A stretch of 64,000 bases of DNA from Anaeramoeba ignava BMAN (Eukaryota > Protista > Anaeramoebae). The notes under the pieces were generated by a model. It did no database searches, was not told where the DNA came from, and worked only from the letters and a program-made list of their open reading frames with translations. Numbering within the stretch: the stretch's first letter is position 1; every line of letters begins with the position of its first letter. Positions 61,701 to 64,000 of this stretch are shown one piece after another. The stretch spans positions 62,001-126,000 of the forward strand of contig JAPDFW010000057.1 of NCBI GenBank assembly GCA_028826165.1, read 5' to 3'. Made by a program: the position numbers and the translations under genes.

Positions 61701-64000
61701 CCATCTCCCGAATTGCAAATTTTGACACTGTTCTTCAATAAAATCGCCAGGATATCCTCAAGTTCGTCACGGATTGCGTAATGTAGCGCCCCGTTACCAT
61801 CCTTATCTAGCAGATTGATATCCGCTCCGTTGTGGATGAGGAGATTAACAATCTTTGGCTTGTTCACTTCAATTGCATACATCAACGGCGTCCGTCCGAT
61901 ATCATCTCTAGCATCGATATCCAAGACAAGTCCGCTGCCAAATAGGTTCTGTAGAAACCCAAGATGACTCCGCTCAACCGCCTCGTGAAGCGGCGTCTTC
62001 AAATCCTGATCAGTAATGTTTGGGTTTCCTCCGAAATCAAGAAGTATTTGGAAAATCTCAAAGTTATCTTGTTGTGCTGCCATATTTAGTGCGGTTGTTC
62101 CTTCGCGGTTTTTTGTATTCATATCAAAATTAGTTGCTGCTATTGCTCTTGTGATCTCCATCTGATTGTGGATCACTGAAAGATGCAGCGCGCTATTCCC
62201 ATCTCCGTCCTCCTTTGTTAGGCTTGCCCCGTTTGTTATCAATAGTGTTGCTATTGAGTAATTTCCGTTAATTATTGAGATGTGAAGTGGTGTATATTTA
62301 TTTCCATTTATTGAGTCAAGATCTGCTCCTTGGCTAATTAATATTTGTGTGATTTCGAATCTGTTATGTATAGTTGCCAGATGGATTGGTTTATTTCCAT
62401 CACTATCGAAATCTAAAAATTTCATAAATATTTAAAATATTTAATATTTAAAAATATTTAAAATATTTAATAAAATATTTAATATTTAACAAAAAATATT
62501 TAATATTTAATAAAAAATATTTAATATTTAAATATTCACCTTCAATTTCTGATCTTTTTTTGAATAACTTCTTCACTTTTTGTACATTCCCATGTTTCAC
62601 ATACTCATGAATAGCGCTTCTTGCTCCTTTCTCAATCAATAAAGTGCATACTTCATGATGCTTATTCATTTGTGCTAAAGTTAATGGTGTTTTTCTTTTT
62701 GCATTTGTTGATTTCATAGAAAGTCCATGATCAACTAAAAATTCAACTGCTAAAATTTTCCCATTTTCACTGGCATAATGAAGTGCATTACTTTTTTCTT
62801 TGGAAAAAGACTTCAATTTGAGTTTCAATTTAGAAAACATTTCTAACATCTCTACATGTCCATATTTAGCTGCTAAATGAACAGGAGTAAATCCTTCTTT
62901 GTTTTTTGTATAAAAATTTTTTATTTTATATTTTTTGATTAAATATTCGCATGCTTCAATACTGTTAGCAACTACTCCAACATGGAGCGGGAGATAACCA
63001 TCAGGATCAGCAATCTCAATAATATTTTTTGAGCTTTCACATAAAATAGAAACAATTTCTGTGTAATTTAAATGCATAGCCCAATGAAGAGGTGTCCTAT
63101 TTTAAAATTTTAGATTTAAATATTTTATAAATGAATATTAATTTTAATTTTAATTTTAATTTTAATTTTAATTTTGTAAATGAATTTTAATTTTAATTTT
63201 AATTTTAATTTTAATTTTTATTTTGATTTTAATTTTAATTTTAATTTTAATTTTAATTTTAATTTTAATTTTAATTTTAATTTTAATTTTGTAAATGAAT
63301 ATTAATTTTAATTTTAATTTTAATTTTAATTTTAATTTTGATTTTATAAATGAATTTTAAATTTAATTATAATTTTAGATTTGGTTTTAATTTTATAAAT
63401 GAATTTTAATTTTAATTTGATAAATGAATTTTAATTTTAATTTGATTTTAATTTTAATTTTGATTTTAATTTTAATTTTAATTTTGATTTTAATTTTAAT
63501 TTTATAAATGAATTTTAATTATAATTTTAATTTTAATTTTAATTTTAATTTTAATTTTAATATTGATTTTAATTTTGTAAATGAATTTTAATTTTTATAA
63601 AATAATTTTTATTGTAAATTATTTTAATCAAACTCAAAAAAAAAAAAAGAGGAAAAAATAAAAAGTTTGTCAAAATTTGTTAAAAAATAATAAAAATACC
63701 ATCCTTTCTGGTCTTTTAATGTTGGATCGGCTAATTCTTGTATCAAAAGTTTGACAAACTTTTCTTTTTTTGAAATAACACTTATATGTAAAGCTGATAA
63801 AGAAGTTTCACCTTCTTGTTCATTAATTCTTATTCCTTTTTTGATTAGAAGTTGACATATTTCATACTGATCAGAACGAATTGCAATATGTAAAGCATTT
63901 TGTCCTTTTTGGTTCGGTGTGTTTATATTATAATTAAAGGATCCATTCGATAACGTTTCTTTTACAATTTCAAAATCTCCGTTTTCACAAAATTGATGAA
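58709..64000 (-). CDS. Large ankyrin-repeat (>20) + DH (RhoGEF) + split PH protein; 5' end beyond window; exons 63700->64000, 62540-63096, 58709-62412 (3' end uncertain)
   Basis: Many TPLH repeats; DH motifs EILETERSY, LIKPVQRIPQY and INESKR; PH halves separated by a Ser/Pro-rich insert. Confidence 0.9.
63125..63600. repeat. Intronic 6-bp AATTTT satellite with TAAATG interruptions (intron 63097-63699)
   Basis: Seen directly. Confidence 0.9.

Noticed and set aside
1-64000. Inteins/Hint domains, transposases, reverse transcriptases, tRNA/rRNA, telomeric repeats, alternative genetic code
   Set aside because: No supporting motifs seen by eye. Conserved genes are uninterrupted and end in standard TAA or TGA stops.

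Overview
Gene-dense, very AT-rich eukaryotic (protist) DNA with the standard genetic code and GT-AG spliceosomal introns. The gene families (ankyrin-tandem BTB, ankyrin-RhoGEF, FG-GAP/FN3 surface proteins) and TCATTT initiator-like 5' motifs resemble a metamonad such as Anaeramoeba; this is inference only. About 16 genes were reconstructed by hand: PLAC8 (partial), a 50-aa Tom5-like ORF missed by the ORF track, cyclin Y, a hypothetical nuclear protein, a secreted nitrilase, two giant FG-GAP/FN3 surface proteins, two ankyrin-DH-PH proteins, UBC2/Rad6, COMMD3, an ankyrin gene, an ankyrin-BTB gene, Sec5/EXOC2, a CH-DH-PH-PH-ArfGAP-PH protein and Man1/Src1. Top finding: in the ankyrin-BTB gene (38595-41775) each ankyrin repeat is its own exon, and the two variable beta-hairpin residues between repeats (the xx of DxxGxTPLH) appear to be encoded by pairs of separate single-codon (3-nt) exons, at least 12 in a regular array. 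Also notable: two surface-protein genes share a near-identical 3.65-kb promoter+head joined at a repeat boundary to unrelated stalks and anchors, and many introns are inflated to 0.5-5.9 kb by intron-specific 6-12-bp AT satellites. Several +1 frameshifts look like assembly errors. All exon coordinates were read by eye and need RNA-seq confirmation.
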